Below are positions 25,271 to 39,919 of a stretch of 51,194 nucleotides of DNA, one piece after another (positions within the stretch are counted from its first letter, which is position 1; each line of letters begins with the position of its first letter). The position numbers were made by a program, and so were the translations under genes. Origin of the DNA: a virus (Duplodnaviria; Caudoviricetes); IMG/VR virus record IMGVR_UViG_3300021560_000023, positions 1 to 51,194 of that record; one strand, given 5' to 3'. The notes below the pieces were generated by a model. That model did no database searches. It saw only the letters and a program-made list of their open reading frames with translations, and was not told where the DNA came from.

Positions 25271-25404
25271 GGCCAAAAATTTGTGCCAAAATAGCAGGGA
25301 CTTTTGACGCTAACAAAAGGCGTGAGGGGGTACCTGCATTAGGGGCCAGCTGAATGGCCCGAACACGGGAGATTGGCAGAGAGTTGGCTCTAGTGAACAA
25401 TTGG
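25271..25404. repeat. AT-rich multi-block element, copy B (inverted relative to 214-333)
   Basis: e.g. TGGCTCTAGTGAACAATTGG (19/20) and TAGGGGCCAGCTGAA (15/15) match the reverse complement of copy A. Confidence 0.85.
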
Positions 25405-25413
25405 CCCGAACCC

Positions 25414-26649
25414 CTAGACCACCATAAAACTACAATTCGGACCGGGCTCCGGCATGGGCACGCAGCCACCCAAAATGATGTCCGCGGCTGCCCACGCGGA
25501 GTCCGCGGACTTCTTCATCTCAACGTTCTGAACCCAGTGTATCCCGGTCGCCCGGTTGAGCCAGTCGACAGCCTCGTACAGACGCACCCGGTCGTCAGTC
25601 GCCCAGTCCACGTGCGAGGTCGCTCCGGGGACCAGCCCCCACTGCTCCGGGTCGAGCCAGAGAGCGACCTGATCCATGGCCATCTGGATCGCGTCCTCCT
25701 CCGTCACACCTGGGTAGGGGTGAATCTCCGCCCGCACGTCGATGGGTGTGTACACGCCGTTCTCCCCTGGTGAGAGGACGTACACCAGGAAGTTGACCTC
25801 ACGGTTCGCCTTCAGGTCCTCGTACACCTCAAGGAGGAGGTCATCCGGCGGAGCGGTCCCCTTCTCCGCGGTGATGACGGTCGTGACGCACCGCTCGACG
25901 CCGGTGTGACTCGCTCCGTCCCGCGGGAGCCCGTACCCGCCCTCAGCGTCAGACGGCTGGTACAGGTTGACGCCCACTGCTCGACCGACCCGCGGATTCA
26001 GCAGCGCACGCTGGGCGTGGTCCCCGGAGAGGATCGGCCGTCCGTTGAGGATGGACAGGTAAATGGAGAACCGCCCCAGGTACGCAAGCGGGTCCTCCTC
26101 GTCCGATCCGCCCGCCGTAGTCTCACACGTGATGCTGCTCACGCCATCGTACGCCTCCTGGAAGTCCCCCAGGCCAAAGCAGCCATTCTGGGCGGAGCCC
26201 CGCTCCGTGGCGACCACCTTGAGCCCGGGGACCGTCCCGCCGCCTTGAGGAGCGAACACGTCCCGGTCCGTCTCAAACAGGTAGCTCGCCCCGCTGGGGT
26301 GCGGGAACGTCACCTGGGCTCCCTCCGGGACCATCGTGGCCGGAGTGTCCGCAGCGAACACGATGGACGCCGCTCCGCTCGCCGCCAGCCCGTCATCGAC
26401 CGGGAACCCGTACACGGTGGTGCCCAGGTACCCCATCGCCTCGCTTGGTATCTGAGACGCCTGCTCCACGACCTCGCTGGCCATCTGCCCGTTGGCCTCC
26501 ATCATGATCGTCTCCGGGCTCCCCGGCCGGGACACCCAGCCCGGGATGGCTGTCTCCATGTACTCGATGGAGTACAGCGTCATCTGATCGGAGTCCATCA
26601 TCAGGTCGAGGTCGGTGTACTCCGTGTCAATGCTCATGTTCTCTGCCAT
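25414..26649 (-). CDS. Baseplate J-like protein (start 26649 or 26637)
   Basis: VPEGAQV..VVA...GSAQN..GGSDEEDPLAYLGR; follows gp25. Confidence 0.85.
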   Translation of the reverse strand: MAENMSIDTEYTDLDLMMDSDQMTLYSIEYMETAIPGWVSRPGSPETIMMEANGQMASEVVEQASQIPSEAMGYLGTTVYGFPVDDGLAASGAASIVFAADTPATMVPEGAQVTFPHPSGASYLFETDRDVFAPQGGGTVPGLKVVATERGSAQNGCFGLGDFQEAYDGVSSITCETTAGGSDEEDPLAYLGRFSIYLSILNGRPILSGDHAQRALLNPRVGRAVGVNLYQPSDAEGGYGLPRDGASHTGVERCVTTVITAEKGTAPPDDLLLEVYEDLKANREVNFLVYVLSPGENGVYTPIDVRAEIHPYPGVTEEDAIQMAMDQVALWLDPEQWGLVPGATSHVDWATDDRVRLYEAVDWLNRATGIHWVQNVEMKKSADSAWAAADIILGGCVPMPEPGPNCSFMVV

Positions 26650-26711
26650 TCTCCCGGTTGCGAGTGTGGGACCTGGGCTACCCCCCAGGGAAGGTCTGCG
26701 CGTTGGCAGAG
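26639..26711. promoter_or_regulatory. Dispersed module TCTGCCATT..CCTGGGCTACCCCCCAGG..TTGGCAGAG
   Basis: 18-mer identical to 2968-2985. Confidence 0.6.
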
Positions 26712-26746
26712 GCAGTGCCGTACGTGGTCAGGCATTGGCTCCCTGC

Positions 26747-27091
26747 TCACTCCTCCCCCAGAGGACCGTGCGACGTGTCCTCAGAAGTGGGGATATGGAC
26801 CTCCATCCGGACCCGGACCCGGCCGTCCGGAGCGAACTCCTGGAAGATGTCCACAATGGCCCGGTCCTCGTACGCCGCCAGAGCCCGGGAGATGTCCTCC
26901 GTGTCGATGGGCATGACGGTGAAGGTCGGGTCAGCGATCCCAAAGTCAGGGTCCTCAATCCGGAACCCACGCTCAAACGCGCAGATGTTCCGGACGCAGT
27001 GGGCAACCTCCTCGTCCGTGTCCTGCTCGACCGTGACCCACTGACCGTTGAGGACCTGGAGAGGGACCGCCAGGTGCGGGATGTTCGCCAT
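26747..27091 (-). CDS. Baseplate gp25/gpW-like protein
   Basis: EVAHCVRNICAFERGFRIEDPDFGI..YEDRA. Confidence 0.8.
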   Translation of the reverse strand: MANIPHLAVPLQVLNGQWVTVEQDTDEEVAHCVRNICAFERGFRIEDPDFGIADPTFTVMPIDTEDISRALAAYEDRAIVDIFQEFAPDGRVRVRMEVHIPTSEDTSHGPLGEE

Positions 27092-27354
27092 CAGTCCTCA
27101 GCAGGCTCCGCCCCGGTGGGCGGGAGGTCCGGCGGAGGAGGAGGCTCCACGGTCGCAGTCCTCGCTCCGTTGTCGCCAATCTCCGGCGGGTCGGGCTCGA
27201 CGATGTCCCCACCCTCCACGATCCCACCCGCCAAGTCCTCCGTCAACGACACGTGGATCTGAGTCCCGTCCGCGAGTTGCCAAGCCTCGATGATGGCAGT
27301 GGCTTCCGCCGCGTCCGCCGCTTCAAACTGAATCGCAACACTGACCGTAGCCAT
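27091..27354 (-). CDS. Putative fibre chaperone/partner (paralog of 28446..28715)
   Basis: MATVSV..FEA.D.AEA.AI..W...GT..PPPPPDLPP. Confidence 0.6.
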   Translation of the reverse strand: MATVSVAIQFEAADAAEATAIIEAWQLADGTQIHVSLTEDLAGGIVEGGDIVEPDPPEIGDNGARTATVEPPPPPDLPPTGAEPAED

Positions 27355-28139
27355 TACAACCTCCCAGCGTAGATACAGACCAGCAGGGCGATACTGGGCT
27401 GTGCGTTGTTATGGGCTCCGCCGCCGCCCTCCGCGTTGATCCCGTGTTGATGTCGAGCAGATGCCCCGCCTGACCACGCAGCAGCCGACCAGGAGTGCGC
27501 GTGGTCGCTGGAGAACCCGCCGGTGTCAAAGTAGCTCGACCCCACGCCGGGAGCGATCCAGTTCTGACCCTGGCCGCCGCCGGTCCACACGACCACCTTG
27601 CAGTTGCCCTGAGCCAAGTTCCCGATCCAGACACCGTGGGAGTGGTTCGCGTTGACGCCGGAGGTCCAGGCGGACATCGACGTGTAGTGAGCGTGGTCCG
27701 GGTAGTCCCCGCCGGTCGCCCCGCCGTGCGAGTGGTAGGGCATCTCCGTGGTGTTGAGGGTGTGCGACTCCTCGCCCCACCGCGAGCCCGGAGCCCGGTT
27801 GGTCAGCCCCGATCCTTGACCAGCGCCCACGAGGGACCGGCCGGAGCAGTTGGGGACCCGGAACTGAGTGGGTGACTCGCCGCCGGTGTTGAAGCGGGCT
27901 CCCAGGGCATCGAACAACTCCGGGTAGTCCGCCTGTTCCAGGGCGGCACCGTCGCAAGCGATCCAGCGAGGAGGAGCAGCCGCGAGCCCAAACGTCCGGA
28001 CCTCTCCGATGATGACGGCTGCTGCGTTCCCGTCGATGGCAAACGCCAGAGCCTCGACGTCACGCGGAACGTCCACGGTGTCGTCCGGGACTGAGTACGG
28101 GTACCCGCCAACAGGAGTCCTTCCGCTTGGGCCAGTCAT
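27354..28139 (-). CDS. Tail fibre protein with one tail-collar domain and HxH needle
   Basis: IGEV..PPRWIACDG..YPELF..FRVPN..G; several HxH; AHNNAQP. Confidence 0.85.
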   Translation of the reverse strand: MTGPSGRTPVGGYPYSVPDDTVDVPRDVEALAFAIDGNAAAVIIGEVRTFGLAAAPPRWIACDGAALEQADYPELFDALGARFNTGGESPTQFRVPNCSGRSLVGAGQGSGLTNRAPGSRWGEESHTLNTTEMPYHSHGGATGGDYPDHAHYTSMSAWTSGVNANHSHGVWIGNLAQGNCKVVVWTGGGQGQNWIAPGVGSSYFDTGGFSSDHAHSWSAAAWSGGASARHQHGINAEGGGGAHNNAQPSIALLVCIYAGRL

Positions 28140-28444
28140 TACGCCGCCGCTCCGATCCGGGTGAAGGGCATCATCGACTGGACCTGGGCGAGGATGTTGG
28201 CGTCTTGGATGACTGCCTCGTCCGTTCCGGGCTGGTAGCCGGGAGGCTTGGAGGCATCCGCCAGAGCCGCCTCCCAGCTGGTGTCCCAGCCGGGCGAGGC
28301 TGCCCAAGTCAGGCTCCACTCCTTGGTCCACGTCAGCGGGTCAATCCCGGCGTCTGACGCGCAGCCTTGTTGAGCAGCCGCCGCCGCGACCCGCTGTTGC
28401 ATGAACGGGTCCGCCGCGATGGTGCTGGTAGTCAGGTATCCCAT
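28139..28444 (-). CDS. Hypothetical tail-associated protein
   Basis: RVAAAAAQQG..WAASPGW..ILAQVQ; coupled. Confidence 0.7.
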   Translation of the reverse strand: MGYLTTSTIAADPFMQQRVAAAAAQQGCASDAGIDPLTWTKEWSLTWAASPGWDTSWEAALADASKPPGYQPGTDEAVIQDANILAQVQSMMPFTRIGAAA

Positions 28445-28445
28445 G

Positions 28446-28715
28446 TCACGTCCCTCCGTTGGTCATCCGCTGGGGCGGTGGCGGAGGAGGGAGGTCTGAT
28501 GGTGGTGGTGGGTTGATCATCTCCATCCTCGCCTTCTCGACCGCGGTGCCCAAGTTCCCGTCCACTCCAACCATCGTGGGCCTGAAGTTGGGCTGGATCG
28601 TCCCCTGGAGGCTCGTGATGGTAGTCCCCGGGGTGACCGTCCAGGTCCCCACGATGGCTTCCGCCTCCGCCAGGTCCTCCGCCTCAAACATGAAGTTGAC
28701 GGAGAAGGTTGCCAT
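28446..28715 (-). CDS. Putative fibre chaperone/partner (paralog of 27091..27354)
   Basis: MATFSV..FEA.D.AEA.AI..W...GT..PPPPSDLPP; AAAGGAG RBS. Confidence 0.65.
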   Translation of the reverse strand: MATFSVNFMFEAEDLAEAEAIVGTWTVTPGTTITSLQGTIQPNFRPTMVGVDGNLGTAVEKARMEMINPPPPSDLPPPPPPQRMTNGGT

Positions 28716-28725
28716 GATGCTCCTT

Positions 28726-33634
<4,909 letters not shown>

Positions 33635-33635
<1 letters not shown>

Positions 33636-34363
33636 CACTTCTTCTTCTTGGGCGGAGGAGGAGGCATGACCGGGACCATGATCTGGATCCCAACCTTGAG
33701 CTTCTGGTTGGCCGTCTTGATCACACCCTTCTTGTTGAGGTTCATGATGTCCTTCCACCCACACCGGCGGCTCCGGGCGATCTTGGCCGGAGTGTCGCCC
33801 TTCTTGACCTTGTAGATCACCGTCTTGGGACGAGGCTTGGCGAGAGCAGCCGCCCTCAACGTCTCATAGAGCGGTGGCATGTACTCGATGAGGTGAAGGG
33901 TCATGTCCTGGCGGATGCGCGCCATGCCCCGGTTCCGGAGGACGATGTCACCAAAGCCCAAGGAGCCGATGACCCAGCGGTCCGCCGGGAGGTTGGCGAT
34001 GCCGTCCAGCCACACGATCCCCGGAGCCGCACGAGCCGTCCCGCGGGTGACGTCGATCAACTCCTGGATGTACTGCTCGACACCGTTGACGTTGTTCCAG
34101 AGGATGTGGAGGTCACCCTCAAGGGGAGGGACGCCCAGCCAGTCGGTCATCCCGATGGCGCGTGGGCGTTGAGTCGCCTCCCACCCTCCCGCGACATCGT
34201 TGAGCTTCCAGCCGTCCGGCCCAAGCCAGACCGTCCGGTTGAGCGGCGGAGCGGAGCACATCAAGTGGACCCGCCCCGGCGTGTGCTGGTGGCCCAGCTT
34301 CCCGACCCGGACCGCCTGGCGTTGGGCTCCGCCGTAGCTCTGGTTGAGAGCGACTGTAGCCAT
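33635..34363 (-). CDS. Tail tube initiator with LysM domain
   Basis: YKVKKGDTPAKIA..IMNLN..LKVGIQI.VP; follows tape measure. Confidence 0.82.
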
Positions 34364-36045
34364 CAGCCCACCTGCTTCCCTTGTCGAGCAGCCTGGTCAG
34401 CGTACCACGAGCCCGTGGCCAGCGCGATCTGACGCCGGTCGAGGTACACCGGCACCGTGATGTTGGCCGACATCGAGCCGGACGCCGGAGTGAGCGGGAT
34501 CACAGAGGCTCCGGCCGGCAGCGTGACTAGCTCCGGTCCCTGCTCGCCCACCAGCGCGGTCCCGCCGGTGAGCATGGTCCCGCCGCCCGCGAGAGCAGGC
34601 AGGGTGAAGTCCACCGGACCGACCTTGATGTGGTCCCCGAATGGTGTGCTGGCGTTGAGCCAGTCGGCTATCTCCCGGCCCACGTTGGCCGCGAACCCGC
34701 CGGAGAAGATGGACTTGATCACGCCCGGTATCTTGCCAAAGATGTCCTTGACCGTGTTCAGGACGGACTGAGCCGCAGACTTGATCTTGTCGAAGTGGGT
34801 GATGATCACCGCCACCGCCACCCCGAACGGTCCGCCCAGGATACCCGCGAGGAGCGGCCAGTTGCCCTTGATCCAGTTGAACACCGTCTTGGCTGCTCCG
34901 ACCATCCAGTTGAACGCCGCCACCGCCCCGCCCATCGCCGCCTGGACACCGTCCCGGAACCAGCCGACCTTCATGTAGGCCACGACCATGATCGCGATGA
35001 GGGCGGCAATCGCCGCCACCACGAGGACGATGGGGTTGGCCGTCATCGCCGCGTTCAGCAGCCACTGAGCCGCCGCCCACGCCTTGGTCGCCGCGGAGGT
35101 CGCGAGGCTCGCCACCTTCTGAGCGATGGTTGCCCCGGTCAGAGCGGAGACCATCGCGGTGATCTTGGAGATCACGAACAGCCCCACGAGGGCGGCTCCC
35201 AGGGCCAGGACCGCGTACGTCAGCAGCTTGGAGTGCGACATCCACCCGGAGAAGGTTGTGATCACCGGGACGAGGACTTGGGTCAGGGACGAGATGACCG
35301 GGAGGAGAGCCGACCCCACCGCCACCTTGACGCCCATCGTTGCCATCTTCATCTCCCGCTGCTTCTTGGCGAGGTCCAGAGCCGCCTTCCCGGAGTCGCC
35401 CAACGGCGGGACCAGCTTCTGCGCAGCGTCCAGCTGCTCCTTGAGCCCGGCGGACCCGGAGTTGAGGATGGGGAGGAGAGCCTGGCCCGACCGTCCAAAC
35501 AGCTTCTGAGCCAGAGCCGCCTTCTGAGCACCATCGGGCATCGCTTTGAAGGCGTCCGCGATCTGGTACATCCGCTGGTCCATCGGGAGGGCGGCCAGCT
35601 TCTTGGACGAGAGCCCCAGCTGGGAGAGGGCGGTGTCCGCGGACTTGGAGGGACCTCCCAGGGCTCCAAGCGACCGACCCAGCGAGGCCATGCCCATCTG
35701 TAGCTGGCTCGTCTCGATGCCCCGCTGTTTGGTCATCACCGCCCAGTTCTGAGCCGTCTTGGCGTCGAGCCCGGTGACCCGCTGGAGTGTCTTGGTGGAC
35801 TTGGCGAGGTCCGCCGTTGTCTGGACGGAGCCCTTGAGGAACCCCATCGCCTTGTAGGTCGCTCCCGCCGCCGCCGCCGTCTTGAGCAGGGAGGTTGCCG
35901 ACACCTTCCCGCTGGCGGCTGTCTTCTTGGAGGAGTCCTCCGCGGACTTCCCGATGCCGGTGACGTCCTTGGACGCCTGCTGCGCACCGGCGGAGAACTG
36001 TCGCTGGCCGTCGAGGACGAGCCGGGCTGCGATCAGGTCAGCCAC
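34363..36045 (-). CDS. Tape measure protein (short, 560 aa)
   Basis: Ala/Gly-rich, LFGRSG..LLP, LNAAMTANP, LVGEQGPEL. Confidence 0.92.
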   Translation of the reverse strand: MADLIAARLVLDGQRQFSAGAQQASKDVTGIGKSAEDSSKKTAASGKVSATSLLKTAAAAGATYKAMGFLKGSVQTTADLAKSTKTLQRVTGLDAKTAQNWAVMTKQRGIETSQLQMGMASLGRSLGALGGPSKSADTALSQLGLSSKKLAALPMDQRMYQIADAFKAMPDGAQKAALAQKLFGRSGQALLPILNSGSAGLKEQLDAAQKLVPPLGDSGKAALDLAKKQREMKMATMGVKVAVGSALLPVISSLTQVLVPVITTFSGWMSHSKLLTYAVLALGAALVGLFVISKITAMVSALTGATIAQKVASLATSAATKAWAAAQWLLNAAMTANPIVLVVAAIAALIAIMVVAYMKVGWFRDGVQAAMGGAVAAFNWMVGAAKTVFNWIKGNWPLLAGILGGPFGVAVAVIITHFDKIKSAAQSVLNTVKDIFGKIPGVIKSIFSGGFAANVGREIADWLNASTPFGDHIKVGPVDFTLPALAGGGTMLTGGTALVGEQGPELVTLPAGASVIPLTPASGSMSANITVPVYLDRRQIALATGSWYADQAARQGKQVG

Positions 36046-36211
36046 GGTTCGCCTTCTTGGTCGCGTCCTCCATCAGCTTGTGAGCCATGGCCGCCGCCTC
36101 GACCAGTAGCTCACGGTCCACCGGACCTGCGTTGATGACGCCCACCGGGTCCACTCCTGCTAGCGCGCACATGGCCAGCGTCCTTACCCAGCCGCGTCCG
36201 ATGATTCCCCC
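36038..36211 (-). CDS. -1 frameshift extension of the tail assembly chaperone
   Basis: Slippery GGGGGAA at 36205-36211; -1 frame open (IIGRGWVRTLAMCALAG...KANRG) to a TGA overlapping the tape measure start region. Confidence 0.75.
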   Translation of the reverse strand, partial: GGIIGRGWVRTLAMCALAGVDPVGVINAGPVDRELLVEAAAMAHKLMEDATKKANRG

Positions 36212-36753
36212 ACGCCCACGTCCTCTGTGGTCGAGGGGTCGATCATCCAGTTGGCCAGCTTGTCCCCGTGGCTGGTGATCGCTGCTCCGTTGCGACCGAA
36301 CAGCCGGGTAATGACCTCGTGGGAGGACAGGACCGGCTCACTTGGCCCGCGGAGGTCGAGCAGCCGGGCCAGCCGGTCCTCCAGCCGGACCGGTCCCTGG
36401 TCATCGCACAACTCCTCCTCCTCGCCCTCGTACCGGCCGATGAGGCACACGCAGGCTCGCGCCATCATGTCCATCGTCACGGAGGTCGCTGAGATGTCGT
36501 TGAGGTCCACACCCGTCCGCGAGGCGACAAAGCGGTCCATCTCGCCCGGCGGCAGGACGCCGTACTTGATCCAGAGCCGGTCCCCGAACTCCCCGCCGAC
36601 AGCTAGCTCTGTCTGCTTGGTCTCCTGCTGGGCTCTCGCACGTTCTCTGAGCCTCGCGACAATGCTCCCAGGGGTCGGGACAGGGGAGGAGCCCTCCGGC
36701 GGCTCGTGCCCATTCTCCTGGGTGGCCGGATGGAGTGTGACTCGCCCCTCCAT
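36184..36753 (-). CDS. Tail assembly chaperone
   Basis: Between tube and tape measure; ends just after the slippery site. Confidence 0.8.
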   Translation of the reverse strand: MEGRVTLHPATQENGHEPPEGSSPVPTPGSIVARLRERARAQQETKQTELAVGGEFGDRLWIKYGVLPPGEMDRFVASRTGVDLNDISATSVTMDMMARACVCLIGRYEGEEEELCDDQGPVRLEDRLARLLDLRGPSEPVLSSHEVITRLFGRNGAAITSHGDKLANWMIDPSTTEDVGVGESSDAAG

Positions 36754-37169
36754 CAGGACACCGTGTCGATAGTGAACTCCATCTCGATGCGGGACTCAGA
36801 GGACCCGGTGGAGTCCGGCTCCGGCGGGAGGACCCGCTTGAGCGTCCCGCTCATCGCCAGAGGCTTGCCCTGAGGGTTCTTGTGGATGTCGCCCGGCTGC
36901 TGGCCGATGGTCCCGCGAGCAGCGCCAGCCATGTTCATCCAGCCCGGGACCTTGGGCCAGTCGCGAGCCCAGTCGCAGAACCGGCTGATGGTCACGTTCC
37001 CGTATGACTTCCGGCCGCCCATGCTGATCTCGTCCACCATCCCTCCGGGCGGGTATTTCAACTCCTCAGAGTCCGCCTCGCCGCCCTCCTTCTTGTCCCA
37101 GACTCCCTCGTCCACCCCCTCCAGGTTGAGGGTCACGATCCAGGTGTCTTCCCTTGTTGGGTTCGGCAT
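36753..37169 (-). CDS. Tail tube protein
   Basis: GG..DSEE.KY.PGG..GNVTISR; follows sheath. Confidence 0.82.
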   Translation of the reverse strand: MPNPTREDTWIVTLNLEGVDEGVWDKKEGGEADSEELKYPPGGMVDEISMGGRKSYGNVTISRFCDWARDWPKVPGWMNMAGAARGTIGQQPGDIHKNPQGKPLAMSGTLKRVLPPEPDSTGSSESRIEMEFTIDTVS

Positions 37170-37178
37170 GTCTCCTCC

Positions 37179-38615
37179 TTACGCTGCGATTGACCGTTGG
37201 AGCGGGACCTTGACGATGTCGAGGGCGATCCACTCCGCGATGCGCGAGGTCCGGAGGAGGACCTGGGCGTGAATCTCCCCGGCCGCCACCGTCTCGACTG
37301 TGTTGATGCCCGGGTAGCTCGTGTCCACCCGGAACCCCTCGTCAGGCGTCTCCCCGAACAGAGCGTCAGCCTTCCAGTACCGCTGACAGACGCCGGTGAG
37401 CGCCACGTTGACCCGGCCAAATATCTTGCCCCGGCCGTCGATGGTCTTGAGGACAAAGTCCTCCATGATCGCGTCGCACTCGTGGGCGACCATCATGACC
37501 ACCCTGCTCTCCTGGAAGAACACCCAGTTGGACTCGTCCTGTCCGGCGGAGGTCCTGTACCCGTACGTCCGGAACTGGTTGTTGACGACCTTCCCCAGCG
37601 TGACGCCCGCATAGTTCAGCTGCTCACGGTCGTCATCGCTGAAGTCCCGTTTGGGTCCGATGGCCAGCCGTGAGTAGCCAGTCGAGCCGGCAGCGACCTG
37701 CGACGGATCGTTGAGCCCGTCCACCCGGGCGATGATCCCCATCTGGACGCCGCTGTACGGGACCTCCCAGACGGCCGGAGCGACCTCGCCTGGGTAGTCC
37801 AGCACCTGGCCAAGTGACAGAATCTTCCGCCCCTTGCCCGGGAGGTCCGCGATGGCCTGGACTGCTCCCTTCAACTCCGCGGGCTCCCCGGAGTCCGGGA
37901 GGTCCGCGCATGCCACGCGGTGGTACTTGTCGCAGTGCGCGTCGAGCAGTGCGTGGCTGTCCGGGTCGGTGGAGCCCGGGAGAGCGACCTGAGCCGGTCC
38001 CAGGTCATAGCTGAGGGTGTCGAGGGCGATGCCCAACTCATCCGCGTCCGGCTCGCCGCCCGCCACCCCGCCCGCGAGGGCGACCACGATGGCCGGATCA
38101 TCCTCCGCCGGGTAGGTGGGGCTGTCCTGCTCCGTGATGCTGATCGTGTCGGACTTGAACCCGGGGACCTGCGCCGCGGAGAGCGGCACCGACTGCTCCT
38201 TGAGTTGAGCGTCCTCGCGGACCTGTATCACATAGTCCGGCTCCCCGCCCGGACCCGGCTGGGGAGTAATCGTCACCTCAACATCGTTGCCCCACTCGCC
38301 CGGTCCGTTGGCGTGGATGTCGAGCCAGCCGGGAGCCTCGCCGCTTGCCGGCACTCCCTCGCTCGACGTGGCGCGCACGACCCAGAGGATCAGTCCGCCC
38401 TCCTGGAAGAAGGCATACGCCGCCTTGTACATGTCCGGTCCTCCGGCCAGAGCCCCGAACGTGTCCTTGTAGTTGCGGAAGGAGAGGCACTTGGTCGGCT
38501 GAAACGCTGGCCCCTTCTCCGTGATCCCGACGATCATGCCCGTCCCCGTGTTGAGGACGGCTCCCGCCGGGGTGAAGTCATCGAGGACCTGTGTGGTTAC
38601 TCCTGGTCTGGGCAT
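37179..38615 (-). CDS. Tail sheath protein
   Basis: MPRPGV, IVGITEKGP, AFFQEGG, GPGEWGN, LNYAGV, YGYRT, ALFGETPDEGF, AEWI. Confidence 0.92.
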   Translation of the reverse strand: MPRPGVTTQVLDDFTPAGAVLNTGTGMIVGITEKGPAFQPTKCLSFRNYKDTFGALAGGPDMYKAAYAFFQEGGLILWVVRATSSEGVPASGEAPGWLDIHANGPGEWGNDVEVTITPQPGPGGEPDYVIQVREDAQLKEQSVPLSAAQVPGFKSDTISITEQDSPTYPAEDDPAIVVALAGGVAGGEPDADELGIALDTLSYDLGPAQVALPGSTDPDSHALLDAHCDKYHRVACADLPDSGEPAELKGAVQAIADLPGKGRKILSLGQVLDYPGEVAPAVWEVPYSGVQMGIIARVDGLNDPSQVAAGSTGYSRLAIGPKRDFSDDDREQLNYAGVTLGKVVNNQFRTYGYRTSAGQDESNWVFFQESRVVMMVAHECDAIMEDFVLKTIDGRGKIFGRVNVALTGVCQRYWKADALFGETPDEGFRVDTSYPGINTVETVAAGEIHAQVLLRTSRIAEWIALDIVKVPLQRSIAA

Positions 38616-39310
38616 CAGCCCTCCGTTGTTGGGAATGGTTCATCCAGCGGGACCTTCTCCACGTCGAGGTCCCATGTCTCAACGACCGGCCAGACCGGTC
38701 GATCAGTCGGTGGTTGGTCGCCTTCCGGCGGGTACATCGGCTCAGTCGGTCCTGCTCCCCACTCGCCCCAGTGGTCCGTCTCGATCAAGAAGGAGGTCAC
38801 CGCGAGACAGGTGGTGCGGTCATCCTCGATGGCGAGGACCGCGTTGGGCCGCTCCGTGACCGGGTCGATCATCCCCAGCAAGCCATCATCGTCTCGCTGC
38901 TGGATCATCGCCAGCCGGATCGCGAGCGACTGCATCCGGGAGATGGTCAGGGCTCGCGGAGCCGCCCGGACCTTGGAGCCCTTGGCGGACACGTGGACGC
39001 CCAGGTCAACAGCCCACTGGGCCAAGAACACGGAGGAGCCGTCCTCATCGTTGTGCTTGCGCGGCGGAGCAGGGATGCCGTTGTTCACGAGGATGACGCA
39101 TGGCAGCTGGTCCTCCGGGAACCGCGCCATGTCAGTGGCGACCCGCCACGAGCGGATCGGGAGCAGATAGCTTGGCTCACTCCCCGCCTCCCTGCTGACC
39201 TCGTGTTGGTAGGTGGGGAGCCACTTCCACAGGAGGTTGAGGATGGCCGCCTCCAGATGGTGGGCTCCGACGAACTCCCCGAACACATGGGTGTACTGGC
39301 CTGCGCTCAC
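38615..39310 (-). CDS. Putative tail terminator
   Basis: Position before sheath; FPEDQLPCVILV. Confidence 0.65.
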   Translation of the reverse strand: MSAGQYTHVFGEFVGAHHLEAAILNLLWKWLPTYQHEVSREAGSEPSYLLPIRSWRVATDMARFPEDQLPCVILVNNGIPAPPRKHNDEDGSSVFLAQWAVDLGVHVSAKGSKVRAAPRALTISRMQSLAIRLAMIQQRDDDGLLGMIDPVTERPNAVLAIEDDRTTCLAVTSFLIETDHWGEWGAGPTEPMYPPEGDQPPTDRPVWPVVETWDLDVEKVPLDEPFPTTEG

Positions 39311-39753
39311 TGGTATCCCTCGATCAGGACTCGTTGGATGGTCTTGATGATCTCCCGCTTCTCCGTCTCGCGGAGCCGGAGCGGACGAGCGGGCATCGGC
39401 GTCCTCGTCCCGAACTGGTGGAACTTGCCCGGGACCTCCGGGGCGAGGGCGACCAGTTCACCCGGGTTCTTGTGGACCACGAGCCCGCTGGTCATCGCCT
39501 TCCGGTACGCACCCGACCTCGTGAGGATGGGTCCCGGGGAGTAGCCCTGGGCAATGCGGTCCCGGATCGTGGACGCCTTGAGGGGAGCCCAGCCAGGTCC
39601 CTCGCTCGCAAAGTTGCGCTCAAACGCCTTCTGTAGCTGGGGCTCGACCTCATCCCAAGCAGGGGTCATGTCCATCGCCCGCTCCGCGAACCGCAGCAGC
39701 TTGCGGGCGACAATGGTGTCCCCGAACACTTCCACTTTCATCTGGAAGGGCAT
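39307..39753 (-). CDS. Virion morphogenesis/neck protein (Mu gpG-like)
   Basis: F.SEGPGWAPLKAST..IL.RSG..HQFGT..MPARP. Confidence 0.85.
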   Translation of the reverse strand: MPFQMKVEVFGDTIVARKLLRFAERAMDMTPAWDEVEPQLQKAFERNFASEGPGWAPLKASTIRDRIAQGYSPGPILTRSGAYRKAMTSGLVVHKNPGELVALAPEVPGKFHQFGTRTPMPARPLRLRETEKREIIKTIQRVLIEGYQ

Positions 39754-39764
39754 GGCCCTCCCGA

Positions 39765-39849
39765 TTCTCTGCCAATCTCTGGTCGGCCAGGGATGGCCCT
39801 GACCCGTAGCCCAGGTGGACCTGCGCGAGCCTCAGAGAATTGGCGAGAG
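39765..39849. promoter_or_regulatory. Dispersed module TTCTCTGCCAATCTCT..CCCGTAGCCCAGG..GCCTCAGAGAATTGGCGAGAG
   Basis: Shares motifs with 2938-3008, 15634-15708, 26639-26711. Confidence 0.6.
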
Positions 39850-39919
39850 TGGGCACAGACGATGAATCTGCGGACCCGCCGCCGGTAGTTTCGCACCTGC
39901 CACGTGGCGAACCCCTTAC

